Shown in pieces: positions 39,631 to 48,245 of a stretch of 64,000 nucleotides of DNA (its first letter is position 1; each line of letters opens with the position of its first letter). The stretch is from the NCBI GenBank assembly GCA_021848465.1, contig JAJZUP010000002.1:348524-412523 (forward strand), written 5' to 3'. Origin of the DNA: Pseudomonadota bacterium. GTDB taxonomy: Bacteria; Pseudomonadota; Gammaproteobacteria; Burkholderiales; Gallionellaceae. The position numbers and the translations under genes were made by a program. Under the pieces are notes generated by a model that saw only the letters and a list, made by a program, of their open reading frames with translations, had not been told where the DNA came from and searched no databases.

Positions 39631-39912
39631 ATGGATAAGCACGATTTGCTCACCGCAGCCATCGGCGGCGTTCTGGCGCTGGGTCTGGCCGGCAACGCCT
39701 GTGCCGAGGAGAAAAAAATTGAAATGGAACGCTGCTTCGGCATCACCAAGGCCGGCAAGAACGATTGCGGCAGCCAGAAAGCCGGCCACTCCTGCGCGGG
39801 CCAGGCCAGCAAGAGCAACGACCCGAACGACTTCATCGCCGTGCCCAAGGGCACCTGCAACAAGATTGCCGGAGGCAGCCTCAGCGGCGATGCCGGCATG
39901 TCCATGAAGTAA
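39631..39912 (+). CDS. bufA: DUF2282-family precursor peptide (BufA1-type bufferin RiPP precursor)
   Basis: An internal ATG follows a GAGGAG RBS. The signal peptide is [25 protein letters not shown]. The core has four Cys: [24 protein letters not shown]...VPKGTCNK. Confidence 0.8.
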   Translation: MDKHDLLTAAIGGVLALGLAGNACAEEKKIEMERCFGITKAGKNDCGSQKAGHSCAGQASKSNDPNDFIAVPKGTCNKIAGGSLSGDAGMSMK

Positions 39913-39918
39913 ATCCGC

Positions 39919-40752
39919 ATGCCCGCCCGCAAACCGGCGACCTTGCCCTGCACAGCAAGCATCGGTCTGCGGGCCCCTCACTACCGCGAAGTACTGGAAA
40001 CCCTGCCCGACTTGGGCTGGGTGGAAGTGCATAGCGAAAACTTCTTCGGCGGCGGCGCACCGCTGCACACCTTGCTGCAAGTGCGCGAGCACTACCTGAT
40101 CAGCCTGCACGGCGTCGGCATGGGCCTTGCCTCTCCCGTGCCACTGGACGATAGCCACCTGGCTGCATTGCAGCAGCTCTGCGATGCAGTGCAGCCGGCC
40201 TCGGTATCCGAACACCTGAGCTGGAACCGCGTGGACGGAATGGTCATCAATGACCTGCTGCCCTTCCCCTATACGCGCGAGGCGCTGACGCTGGTCGTCC
40301 GGCATGTCGAACAGGTACAGGATCGCTTGGGGCGGCAGCTGCTGGTGGAGAACCTCTCCAGCTACCTGAACTTCAGCCACAGCGAAATGAGCGAAGGCGA
40401 ATTCCTCGCCGAACTGGTCCGGCGCACCGGCTGCGGCATCCTGTTCGACGTGGAAAACCTGTATGTGAATACGCGCAACCTCGGCGTGGATGCTACCGAT
40501 TTCATCCGGGCGCTACCGCCGGACGCGGTGCAGGAATACCACCTGGCCGGCTACAGCATGCATGACGGCTGCCTGGTGGATACGCACGATCACGCGGTCT
40601 ATCCGGAGGTCTGGGCGTTATATGAAAGCGTGCTGCAACAGATCGGGCCGCGCCCCACGCTGATCGAATGGGACGCCGACATCCCGGCCCTGTCGGTCCT
40701 CACGGCCGAGGCTGCCAAGGCGCAATCGCTGATGGATAAATCCCGTGAATAG
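39919..40752 (+). CDS. bufB: DUF692 / MNIO-family (MbnB-like) enzyme, bufferin maturase BufB-type
   Basis: The sequence reads IGLRAPHYREVL...WVEVHSENFFGGGAP...LHGVGMGL...VSEHLSW..., the TIM-barrel DUF692 pattern. It lies 6 nt downstream of bufA. Confidence 0.85.
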   Translation: MPARKPATLPCTASIGLRAPHYREVLETLPDLGWVEVHSENFFGGGAPLHTLLQVREHYLISLHGVGMGLASPVPLDDSHLAALQQLCDAVQPASVSEHLSWNRVDGMVINDLLPFPYTREALTLVVRHVEQVQDRLGRQLLVENLSSYLNFSHSEMSEGEFLAELVRRTGCGILFDVENLYVNTRNLGVDATDFIRALPPDAVQEYHLAGYSMHDGCLVDTHDHAVYPEVWALYESVLQQIGPRPTLIEWDADIPALSVLTAEAAKAQSLMDKSRE

Positions 40753-41521
40753 CCTGCACGCCAACCTCGCGCAATTTGCCCGCGCCATCGCGCAGCAGTC
40801 GGCGCTGCCGGCGCAGGTGGCGACTCATTATGCGCATTACCCGCAGCAAACCGGCATCGGCGTCTATCGCAACAACTATCGCGGCAACCTGCACGATGCG
40901 CTGGCGGGCGCCTTCCCGGTGGTGCAGCAACTGGTCGGCGACGAATTCTTCCGCATGCTGGCCGCGCGCTTCATCGAGCACATGCCATCGCGCAGCGCCA
41001 ACCTGCACCACTACGGCGCCGGGCTGCCCGATTTTATTCGCGACTTCGCACCGGCACGCGAACTGATCTACCTCGCGGACGTTGCCGCACTGGAATGGGC
41101 CGGCCACACCGCCTATTTCGCGCCGGACACACCCGCCTTCGATTTTTCTCAACTGGCCGCCATCCCGACCGAACAGCACGCCAGACTGACCTTCGCGCTG
41201 CACCCGGCTGTGCGCGTCGTGCACTCGCCCTACCCCGTGCTCGCCATCTGGCAAGCCCACCAGCCCGGCGCAGCAAGAGATTTCAACATCGACCTCGCAA
41301 GCGGACCCAGCATCGCGCTGGTATGCCGCCCGCACCTCGACATTGCCATCATTGCGCTGGACGCAGCCGAAGCAAGCTGGCTGCAACTCACCCAAACCGG
41401 CCAGGCACTTGGCCCTGCGACCGCCGCCACGCTCGAACTGCATCCACACTTCGACCTGCAAAGCACCCTGGGCAAGCTGGTGCAGCTTGCCGCGTTGAGC
41501 GGCTTCCGCATCGCCGACTGA
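40745..41521 (+). CDS. bufC: DUF2063-family partner protein (BufC-type)
   Basis: The N-terminus reads LAQFARAIAQQSALP...YRNNYRGNLHDALAGAFPVVQQLVGDEFF, typical of DUF2063. It overlaps bufB by 8 nt. Confidence 0.8.
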   Translation: MNSLHANLAQFARAIAQQSALPAQVATHYAHYPQQTGIGVYRNNYRGNLHDALAGAFPVVQQLVGDEFFRMLAARFIEHMPSRSANLHHYGAGLPDFIRDFAPARELIYLADVAALEWAGHTAYFAPDTPAFDFSQLAAIPTEQHARLTFALHPAVRVVHSPYPVLAIWQAHQPGAARDFNIDLASGPSIALVCRPHLDIAIIALDAAEASWLQLTQTGQALGPATAATLELHPHFDLQSTLGKLVQLAALSGFRIAD

Positions 41522-41524
41522 GGC

Positions 41525-41914
41525 CTATGCGGCGCGCCTAACCTTCGCCTTCATGATCTTGGGCAGGTTCACCTCGATCCAGTCCACCAGGCTATCCACC
41601 TGCGCACCGATCTGTTCGCCCAACGGCGTCAGCGAATACTCCACATGCGGCGGCACCACCGGATGCGCGACGCGCTCCACGAAACCATCGGCCTCCAGTT
41701 GCTGCAAGGTCTGCGCCAGCATTTTTTCGCTGACGCCATCGATCTTGCGCCGCAACTCGCTGAAGCGGTGCGTTCCCTCCATCAACGCCACCAGCACCAG
41801 CACGCCCCAACGGCTGGTCACATGATTGAGAATCTCGCGCGAAGGACACGCGGTGGAAAATACCTCGCCACGGCGATAGGCGAGCCTGGATTTTGGCAGT
41901 GCAGTTGCTGGCAT
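41525..41914 (-). CDS. HxlR-family transcriptional regulator
   Basis: CPSREILNHVTSRWGVLVLVALMEGTHRFSELRRKIDGVSEKMLAQTLQQLEADGFVER is present. Confidence 0.88.
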   Translation of the reverse strand: MPATALPKSRLAYRRGEVFSTACPSREILNHVTSRWGVLVLVALMEGTHRFSELRRKIDGVSEKMLAQTLQQLEADGFVERVAHPVVPPHVEYSLTPLGEQIGAQVDSLVDWIEVNLPKIMKAKVRRAA

Positions 41915-42103
41915 GGTACTTACCTTTTTGTGCGTACTTACGAAAAGTTATTGTAACGGATATTCTTCGTTATACGTGAATTTCGCGTAGCGCCATACCG
42001 TACCCATCGCCCTGCGGGAGAGAGGGAACGAGGGGGAGGGAACGATCAGAATTGAATCTTGATCGTCCATCCGATAAAACAACCAGCCAAGAAAGGAAAC
42101 ACC

Positions 42104-42952
42104 ATGATCGTCGTCACCGGCGCCACCGGCCAACTGGGCCACCTTGTCATCACCTCCCTGCTGAAGAAAGTGCCGGCCTCCAGCATCGTCGCCGCCGTGC
42201 GCAATCTGGACAAGGCCAAGGATCTGGCCGCACTCGGCGTACAACTGCGCCAGGCTGATTACAACCAGCCTGCGAGCTGGGATGCCGCCCTGCAGGGTGC
42301 GGAGAAGGTGCTGCTGATTTCCTCCAGCGAAATCGGCCAGCGCTTCAAGCAACACCAGTCCGTCATCGACGCCGCCAAACGCGCTGGCGTGAAGCTGCTG
42401 GCGTACACCAGCGTGCTGCGTGCCGACACCTCCGTGCTCGGCCTCGCCGCCGAACACCTGCAGACCGAAGTCGCTATCCGCGCTTCCGGCGTGCCCTACG
42501 TCTTCCTGCGCAATGGCTGGTACACCGAGAACTACGCGATGAGCATCCCCACCGCGCTGCAACTCGGCTCGGTATTCGGTTGCGCGGGCGATGGCCGCAT
42601 CTCCGGCGCCGCGCGCGCCGACTATGCCGAAGCGGCCGCCGTCACTTTGACCAGCGCAAACCAGGCCGGCAAGGTGTACGAACTGGCGGGCGACAACGGC
42701 TTCACACTCAGCGAGTTTGCCGCCGAAATCGCCAAGCAAAGCGGCAAGGCCATCAACTACGTCAACCTGCCGGAAGCGGAATACAAGAAAGCGCTGCTCG
42801 GCGCGGGCCTGCCGGAATTCCTCGCCGAATTGCTGGCAAATTCCGACACCGGCGTTTCCAAGGGCGCACTGTTCGATGACGGCAAACAGTTGAGCAAGCT
42901 GATCGGCCGTCCGACTACGCCGCTGGCGGAGGTGGTGAAGCAGGCACTGTAA
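42104..42952 (+). CDS. NmrA-like SDR-family NAD(P)H oxidoreductase
   Basis: MIVVTGATGQLGHLV gives the Rossmann GxxGxxG. It is divergent from hxlR, a common regulator-target pair. Confidence 0.85.
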   Translation: MIVVTGATGQLGHLVITSLLKKVPASSIVAAVRNLDKAKDLAALGVQLRQADYNQPASWDAALQGAEKVLLISSSEIGQRFKQHQSVIDAAKRAGVKLLAYTSVLRADTSVLGLAAEHLQTEVAIRASGVPYVFLRNGWYTENYAMSIPTALQLGSVFGCAGDGRISGAARADYAEAAAVTLTSANQAGKVYELAGDNGFTLSEFAAEIAKQSGKAINYVNLPEAEYKKALLGAGLPEFLAELLANSDTGVSKGALFDDGKQLSKLIGRPTTPLAEVVKQAL

Positions 42953-42953
42953 T
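42889..42953 (+). repeat. Copy 1 of a 65-bp direct repeat (authentic 3' end of the SDR gene)
   Basis: GTTGAGCAAGCTGATCGGCCGTCCGACTACGCCGCTGGCGGAGGTGGTGAAGCAGGCACTGTAAT recurs at 45215-45279 with 5 substitutions. Confidence 0.9.
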
Positions 42954-43013
42954 CCTGCGCGGCGGAGTACGCACTTTTCAGCCCGGATTGCGTGCCGCCC
43001 CTCCACGCTTTAC

Positions 43014-43059
43014 AAAACAGGATGATCGTCCTATTATAACAGGACGATCATCCTGTTTT
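43014..43059. terminator. 19-bp perfect palindrome (bidirectional intrinsic terminator, possibly also an operator)
   Basis: The palindrome is AAAACAGGATGATCGTCCT-ATTATAAC-AGGACGATCATCCTGTTTT. It lies between the SDR stop and the epimerase start. Confidence 0.75.
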
Positions 43060-43075
43060 ATTGAAAGGGGTTTTG

Positions 43076-44089
43076 ATGTCACTGCGGATAGTGGTAACGG
43101 GGGCCAATGGTTTTGTCGGCAGCCATGTGCTCGAAGCATTGCAGCACCAGAAAGGCGTGCAGGTCATTGCAGCCTGTCGTGACCCCGGCAAGCTTCCTGT
43201 CAATTTTCACGGCGAGGTACGCACCGGCGACCTGCGCGATGCCGCCTACCGCCAAAGCCTGGTGGCCGGGGTGGATGTCGTGTGCCACGCGGCGGCGTGG
43301 AGTTCGCTGTGGGGGCATGCGCAGGAATCGCGTGAGCTGTTTCTCGATCCCAGCCTGGCGCTGATTGAGGCCGCCCGCCGCGCCAGGGTGCGCCGCTTCA
43401 TCAACACCAGCACAGCCAGCGCTGCTGCACCTGAGCATTCCGCCGATCCCGACAGCCACGGCATCCCGCGTCCGCTGTGGCCGCATTTGTGCAATGTGAT
43501 CGAGGTGGAGGAGGCATTGCGTGCGGCGGCGAACCCGGCATTCCAGGTGCGCAACCTGCGCCTGGGCATCTTTGCCGGGAATCGCTATGCACTGGGTCTG
43601 CTGCCCATCCTGATACCACGCCTCAAGACCCACCTCGTACCTTGGGTGGCAGGCGGACAGACCGGATTGCCCATCATCGACGGGCGCGACATCGGCCAGG
43701 CCTTTGCGCGCGCCGCCACCACGGAAGGTCTGGGCGACTACGAGGGCTTCAATATCGTTGGCCCGGTGGTGCCCAGCGTGCGGCAGGTCATCACTTTCCT
43801 GCACGATGAATTCGGTTTGCCGTTGCCGCATTTCAGCGTGCCATTTTCGATCGCCTACCCGTTTGCCTGGCTGATGGAAACACTCGACCCCATCGTTCCA
43901 TGGGAGCCGCTGGTCACGCGCAGCATCATCCACCTGATGGAAGAGACGCATGCGGATAACGCGAAAGCCACGCGCCTGCTGGGTTATCATCCCGCCCATG
44001 GCTGGCAGGACGCCATTCGGGCGCAGGTGCAGGAAATGCAAGTACGGCAAACCCGCCCGATGCGCATGACCAAGCCGCTCCAGCCCTGA
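43076..44089 (+). CDS. NAD-dependent epimerase/dehydratase family protein
   Basis: MSLRIVVTGANGFVGSHV is present, and length and pattern are typical. Confidence 0.85.
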   Translation: MSLRIVVTGANGFVGSHVLEALQHQKGVQVIAACRDPGKLPVNFHGEVRTGDLRDAAYRQSLVAGVDVVCHAAAWSSLWGHAQESRELFLDPSLALIEAARRARVRRFINTSTASAAAPEHSADPDSHGIPRPLWPHLCNVIEVEEALRAAANPAFQVRNLRLGIFAGNRYALGLLPILIPRLKTHLVPWVAGGQTGLPIIDGRDIGQAFARAATTEGLGDYEGFNIVGPVVPSVRQVITFLHDEFGLPLPHFSVPFSIAYPFAWLMETLDPIVPWEPLVTRSIIHLMEETHADNAKATRLLGYHPAHGWQDAIRAQVQEMQVRQTRPMRMTKPLQP

Positions 44090-44113
44090 TTTCATACACG
44101 ACGAGGAAACGCC

Positions 44114-44599
44114 ATGACCACGCTTTGCAAGTTATGCGGACAGGTTATCCCCCAGCCCGATACGGCTGCGATCACTCATGGCATCTGCACAGCCTGTTCC
44201 GCCCAGGCCACAACGACGGGCAGGCTGCTGGACGCCATCGCAGCACCGGTACTGCTGATGCAGGGCAATCCGCGTCAGGTGGTCAGCGCCAACCGGCACG
44301 CCCTGGCCGTATTCGGCAAGTCCATGTCCCAGGTTGAAAACATGCGCGGCGGGCAGGTATTCGATTGCGAGCATTCATTCTCGGCTGCAGGCTGCGGCAT
44401 TGATGTGCATTGCGAGCATTGCACCATCAGGCACGCCATCGTCGAAACTTTCAATACCGGCACGGCGCATGAAGCATCGGCAACACTGCCGGTGCGGAAG
44501 ACCGGGCATGCCGAAACGCGCATGCTGCAGGTATCCACTGAAAAGGTCGGCGAACTGGCGCTGGTCAGGATAGATCGCTATGAGCGCCGCGCTGAGTAA
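44114..44599 (+). CDS. Cys-rich hypothetical protein (N-terminal CxxC...CxxC plus PAS-like core with CEH...C...CEHC)
   Basis: The sequence reads MTTLCKLCGQ...HGICTACS...FDCEHSFSAAGCGIDVHCEHCTIRH. I recognise no family. Confidence 0.6.
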   Translation: MTTLCKLCGQVIPQPDTAAITHGICTACSAQATTTGRLLDAIAAPVLLMQGNPRQVVSANRHALAVFGKSMSQVENMRGGQVFDCEHSFSAAGCGIDVHCEHCTIRHAIVETFNTGTAHEASATLPVRKTGHAETRMLQVSTEKVGELALVRIDRYERRAE

Positions 44600-45158
44600 G
44601 GGAGAGCGCACACGCGCCGACATCGTCGAATGCGCGCGCCGCCTGTTTTACGAGCATGGCTACGACGGCACGTCGTTCTCCGCCATCGTGGAGGCCTCGG
44701 GGCTGGTGCGCGGCAATATCTACCACTACTTCAAGAGTAAGGACGACATCCTCAAGGCGGTAGTCGCGCAACATCTGGATGAATTCTCGGCCCTGCTTGC
44801 CCGCTGGGAGCGGGAGAGCACCGACCCGAAACAGCGCCTGCTGGCTTTCATCGACATGGTCACCGGCCGCAGGAACGACCTGGTGAAATACGGCTGCCCC
44901 ATCGGCACGCTCAACTCGGAGCTGGCGAAAGACCGGCGCGACCTGCAACAAGGTGCTCGCGCGCTGTTCGACCTGTTCCGCACCTGGCTCGCGGCCCGCT
45001 TCACGGAAATGGGCCAGCCGCCTGCCGCCGCCGATGCGCTGGCGCTGCACCTGCTGGGACGCGCGCAAGGCATCGCCCTCATCGCCCATGTCTACCGCGA
45101 TGCAAAACTGCTGCAACAGGAAACCGCCGTGTTGCAGGATTGGGTGAAGCAACTCTGA
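44580..45158 (+). CDS. TetR/AcrR-family transcriptional regulator
   Basis: The HTH reads RRLFYEHGYDGTSFSAIVEASGLVRGNIYHYFKSKDDI. It overlaps the upstream ORF by 20 nt. Confidence 0.88.
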   Translation: MSAALSKGERTRADIVECARRLFYEHGYDGTSFSAIVEASGLVRGNIYHYFKSKDDILKAVVAQHLDEFSALLARWERESTDPKQRLLAFIDMVTGRRNDLVKYGCPIGTLNSELAKDRRDLQQGARALFDLFRTWLAARFTEMGQPPAAADALALHLLGRAQGIALIAHVYRDAKLLQQETAVLQDWVKQL

Positions 45159-45214
45159 GACGCCAACGTTACAGGTCGGAAATTACCGCAGCATTAGGGA
45201 TGGGGAATACCCAG

Positions 45215-45279
45215 GTTGAGCAAACTGATCGGCCGTCCGACTAGGCCGCTGGCGGAAGTGGTGAAGAAAGCACTGTAAT
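45215..45279 (+). repeat. Copy 2 of the 65-bp direct repeat; orphan 3' fragment of an NmrA-like SDR gene, including its stop codon
   Basis: It matches 42889-42953 at 60/65 positions and is followed by its own hairpin GGAGGGCAG-N7-CTGCCCTCC (45284-45308). Confidence 0.85.
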
Positions 45280-45399
45280 GCGGGGAGGGCAGGCAATGTC
45301 TGCCCTCCATTGGTACTTTGACTACTTACTGGTAATCAATAGTTCTCAATGTAGAATTGCTCCTTGTAATTTCAGCAATGAATGATTGGAGCATAGGAA

Positions 45400-46329
45400 T
45401 TGATCGTAAAAGAACTAGACCCGTTCCAAGCTAACGGCAAATATCAAAAGGCGGGAAGAGCTGCAGAAGAAAAGATGGCTTTTTACCTGCGTGTGAATTT
45501 TGACGATGACAAAGATGTCCACGTTCTGAATTCGATCAGGCTGGAGCTGGATGACGGTGCTGTGCAAATTGATCATCTCATTCTTCATCCATGGGGAATG
45601 ATCATTGTCGAAAGCAAGAGCGTTACGGGGAAAGTCCAGATCAAGGAAGATGGTCAATGGATCCGTTGGTTCAACGACAAGTCCTCAGGCATGGAATCAC
45701 CAGTAACTCAAGGAAATATTCAGGCAAGGCGCTTGAAAAGGAAATTGAATTCCGCAGCTAAGCCCGCAGGATTTTTTGATCAAGTTCCAATGGATGTCTT
45801 CGTTGCGATTTCCGATCAGGGAGTAATCCTTTATCCCAAAGGCGCTCCAGTGGATGGTGTGTGGAAAGCCGATCAGATAGCAGAAAAAATTTCCAGTAAG
45901 CTCGCAGCAAGCAAGAGCCAAGAACCAGTTCTTCCAAAAAAAGATATCGAAACCATCGCCAACTTCCTGCTGGCTATGCATAGGCCCATTCAGAAGGAGC
46001 GCGATGCCGGCGATGCTGAGGCTCAGGCCGAACCTCTTACGCTGAAAATCGCTGAGCCAGAACCGGCGATTCCATATGTCGCCGGTGACGTACCAAAGTG
46101 CAAGCACTGTAATGGTTCAAAGCTCGAAGGACTTTGGGGGAAATACGGATATTATTTTCGCTGTCTTGAGTGCGGCAAGAATACTGCTATGCAAAGTAGT
46201 TGCCAGGCCTGTGGGCAAGCGGAGAAGATTCACAAACGAGGGGCTGACTTCTCTGCCGAATGCGAGAGCTGCCAAACTTCTCACCACTACTTTTCGAATG
46301 GTGCCCCAGTATCTGGAAATGTGGGCTGA
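45400..46329 (+). CDS. NERD-domain protein with C-terminal topoisomerase-type Cys4 zinc ribbons
   Basis: KAGRAAEEKMAFYL...VHVLNSIRLELDDGAVQIDHLILHPWGMIIVESKSVTGKV is the NERD nuclease-like core. The C-terminus reads CKHCNGSKLEGLWGKYGYYFRCLECGK...CQACG...CESCQ. The region is low G+C. TTG start with GGAG 9 nt upstream. Confidence 0.75.
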   Translation: MIVKELDPFQANGKYQKAGRAAEEKMAFYLRVNFDDDKDVHVLNSIRLELDDGAVQIDHLILHPWGMIIVESKSVTGKVQIKEDGQWIRWFNDKSSGMESPVTQGNIQARRLKRKLNSAAKPAGFFDQVPMDVFVAISDQGVILYPKGAPVDGVWKADQIAEKISSKLAASKSQEPVLPKKDIETIANFLLAMHRPIQKERDAGDAEAQAEPLTLKIAEPEPAIPYVAGDVPKCKHCNGSKLEGLWGKYGYYFRCLECGKNTAMQSSCQACGQAEKIHKRGADFSAECESCQTSHHYFSNGAPVSGNVG

Positions 46330-46520
46330 GTAAATTCGCCAAGCTGGAGGAGAGTGTCCCTGCCTGATATTGACCACGCTGGCGAGTGCGGCGGCGGTGT
46401 TGGGGAATACGTTGACGGTGGAATTGGCGGCGGGGTGAAAGAGCTATCGTGTTACGTCATCGATTATTCTTTAAGTGTTCGAGTTTGTTTTTTTCGATAG
46501 CAGAATGATGAGAGCGATCT

Positions 46521-47513
46521 ATGAAGTGGGAAAACGACACATCCTGTCAGCACTTTATTCCGCAGGTGGAACAGCGTTTCAACGCCATCAATCCGCAAGC
46601 TCGAAACGACAAGCAAAAGATTTATCAATTTGAGATAGTCAATCGAGAAGCCCTTGAGCTCAGGCTGGTGAGTCTAAAAGGCAACAAAATCATAAACAAT
46701 CTCGCATATCAAGATTTGTTTAGTTTTGATGTGGGACTGGATAATAAATTTCGACATAACTTCGAGGATGCTTTTCAGAATTACGAAAGCCAGATCAAAA
46801 CACATACTGACAATCTCATCCATAAGCTCGAAATAGGGCAAAGTGTAAATGAAGAGGTTGTTAATCTCTTCTGCGCGAAACTTCTTAATTTCACTCGCAA
46901 TCCATTTTCAATACACAAAGTACTAAATACCTTCGGTAGCCTTACGAACTTCGTGCCAGCAATGCCTGAGTATCAAAAAATATTTGAGCGAGTCTTGACG
47001 GGAAGGAAACCTCATCAGGAACATCTTTGCGCGCAGTTCGGAATTACGGATGCTGAGTATCAAAAGTGGCTGGGTATGCTGTTTATGCTGGCACTTCCAT
47101 CCGGGGAGGGAGAAATGAACATGCTGGAAAGTATCGTGAAAGGCATGTTCGTATCCAAAGAGCAGGAAATTTGCGTGCTCGTGAGTTTATATTCGGAAGC
47201 ATCTTGCCTATTATCTGATCGTGCATCCAGCACAAATACCGATAGAGCCGGAGTAGATGGTTTTGATTTCAATTTATGCTCTAAAGCTTTTATCCGTTAT
47301 CTCTTTGCCGACATTGATGCAATTGCGCCGAAGCATGCGCCACCTGATTATCTTGAGAGCTATAAAGATGCGCTCAATCGGCAACCTTTACCACGAACAA
47401 TTAAGCTATATTGTGAAAAGAACAACGAGGAGTTGCTGAAAGGGTTTAACAGGAATGTGATTTATCAGAGCCACAGTCACGTTTATTGTTCAGTTAAATC
47501 CTTTTTAGTGTGA
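46521..47513 (+). CDS. DUF4238-like protein
   Basis: The N-terminal HFIPQ motif matches the H(Y/F)(V/I)PQ signature that opens DUF4238 proteins. The ORF is low G+C and 330 aa. The assignment is tentative. Confidence 0.55.
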   Translation: MKWENDTSCQHFIPQVEQRFNAINPQARNDKQKIYQFEIVNREALELRLVSLKGNKIINNLAYQDLFSFDVGLDNKFRHNFEDAFQNYESQIKTHTDNLIHKLEIGQSVNEEVVNLFCAKLLNFTRNPFSIHKVLNTFGSLTNFVPAMPEYQKIFERVLTGRKPHQEHLCAQFGITDAEYQKWLGMLFMLALPSGEGEMNMLESIVKGMFVSKEQEICVLVSLYSEASCLLSDRASSTNTDRAGVDGFDFNLCSKAFIRYLFADIDAIAPKHAPPDYLESYKDALNRQPLPRTIKLYCEKNNEELLKGFNRNVIYQSHSHVYCSVKSFLV

Positions 47514-47556
47514 TTGGGGGTAATTCTGAGGTTTTTTCTCAGCCTGCGGAGTGTTC

Positions 47557-47598
47557 TAACTCTGCTCCTTAAGGAAATTCACCACCACCAGCACCCGC
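47557..47598. repeat. Displaced copy of the last ~42 bp of mfd (direct repeat with 48341-48382)
   Basis: TAACTCTGCTCCTTAAGGAAATTCACCACCACCAGCACCCGC matches TAACTCAGCTCCTTAAAGAAATTCACCACCGCCAGCACCCGC at 39/42 positions. Confidence 0.85.
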
Positions 47599-47628
47599 GA
47601 CTCAGCAAGTGCGAGAGTGGCTTCATTT

Positions 47629-48018
47629 TCATTTTGAATGAGGGCTATTCCCCAGCGGTAATATCCTGACCCGCTCGCGAAGCTCGTCCACTACGACCAA
47701 TGCGCCGGATAAAAGCTGAGGGGTAAACCGGCGCAATAACTCAATGGCGCGAGGAGATAGCATCTCTGGACTGACATCGTCAGTGCGTATCTGGAAAACG
47801 CTGGGAGCTTCAGCTTGAGTCGCATTCAGCATTGCGCCGAAATCAAGGTCGTGGGTGAAAACGATATATCCATTCGATCTTGCCCATTCGAAGAGTTCGC
47901 TATCTGGAGCGCACGGCGATCCAAGCTGAGACCAGTGCTCCGCTTCAAAACCTGCATTGCGCAGAATCTCCACCCATGCTGGGGCGAGATTCATATCGAC
48001 AAGCAGGCGCAAGGTCAT
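47629..48018 (-). CDS. DUF5615-family (PIN/Mut7-C-like) putative toxin
   Basis: The sequence reads LRLLVDMNLAPAWVEILRNAGFEAEHW...DSELFEWARSNGYIVFTHDLDFG. It overlaps the upstream DUF433 gene by 4 nt. Confidence 0.75.
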   Translation of the reverse strand: MTLRLLVDMNLAPAWVEILRNAGFEAEHWSQLGSPCAPDSELFEWARSNGYIVFTHDLDFGAMLNATQAEAPSVFQIRTDDVSPEMLSPRAIELLRRFTPQLLSGALVVVDELRERVRILPLGNSPHSK

Positions 48019-48245
48019 GCTGCAATCAGTGGTAGCTCGATCTCTTCGGCACGCCAGGCGGCATAGCGCAGGGCCTGGGTGATGTCTTCTGCTTCAAGGT
48101 AAGGATAAAGGGCCAGGATTTGCTCGGTTGTTTTTCCGCTGGCAACCAATCCGATGAGTGTGCCCACCGTCACGCGCTGCCCTCGAATGCACGGCTTGCC
48201 GCCCATGACGAGCGGGTTGCTGGTGATGCGATCCAGTTGTTGCAT
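48015..48245 (-). CDS. DUF433-family putative antitoxin
   Basis: ITSNPLVMGGKPCIRGQRVTVGTLIGLVASGKTTEQILALYPYLEAEDITQALRYA is the canonical DUF433 pattern. Confidence 0.8.
   Translation of the reverse strand: MQQLDRITSNPLVMGGKPCIRGQRVTVGTLIGLVASGKTTEQILALYPYLEAEDITQALRYAAWRAEEIELPLIAA

Noticed and set aside
36778-44095. Long antisense ORFs opposite the GGDEF-EAL gene (36778-38271, 38296-39177), bufB (39235-40380), bufC (40700-41461), the SDR gene (41948-43006) and the epimerase gene (43079-44095)
   Set aside because: For the same reason, the sense-strand genes carry recognisable family motifs and the antisense products are low-complexity.
45358-45377. Possible third, degenerate copy of the mfd 3'-end repeat at the left edge of the low-G+C islet
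   Set aside because: Only TGCTCCTT plus a gapped AATT.CA..CA similarity is present, which is too weak to distinguish from chance.
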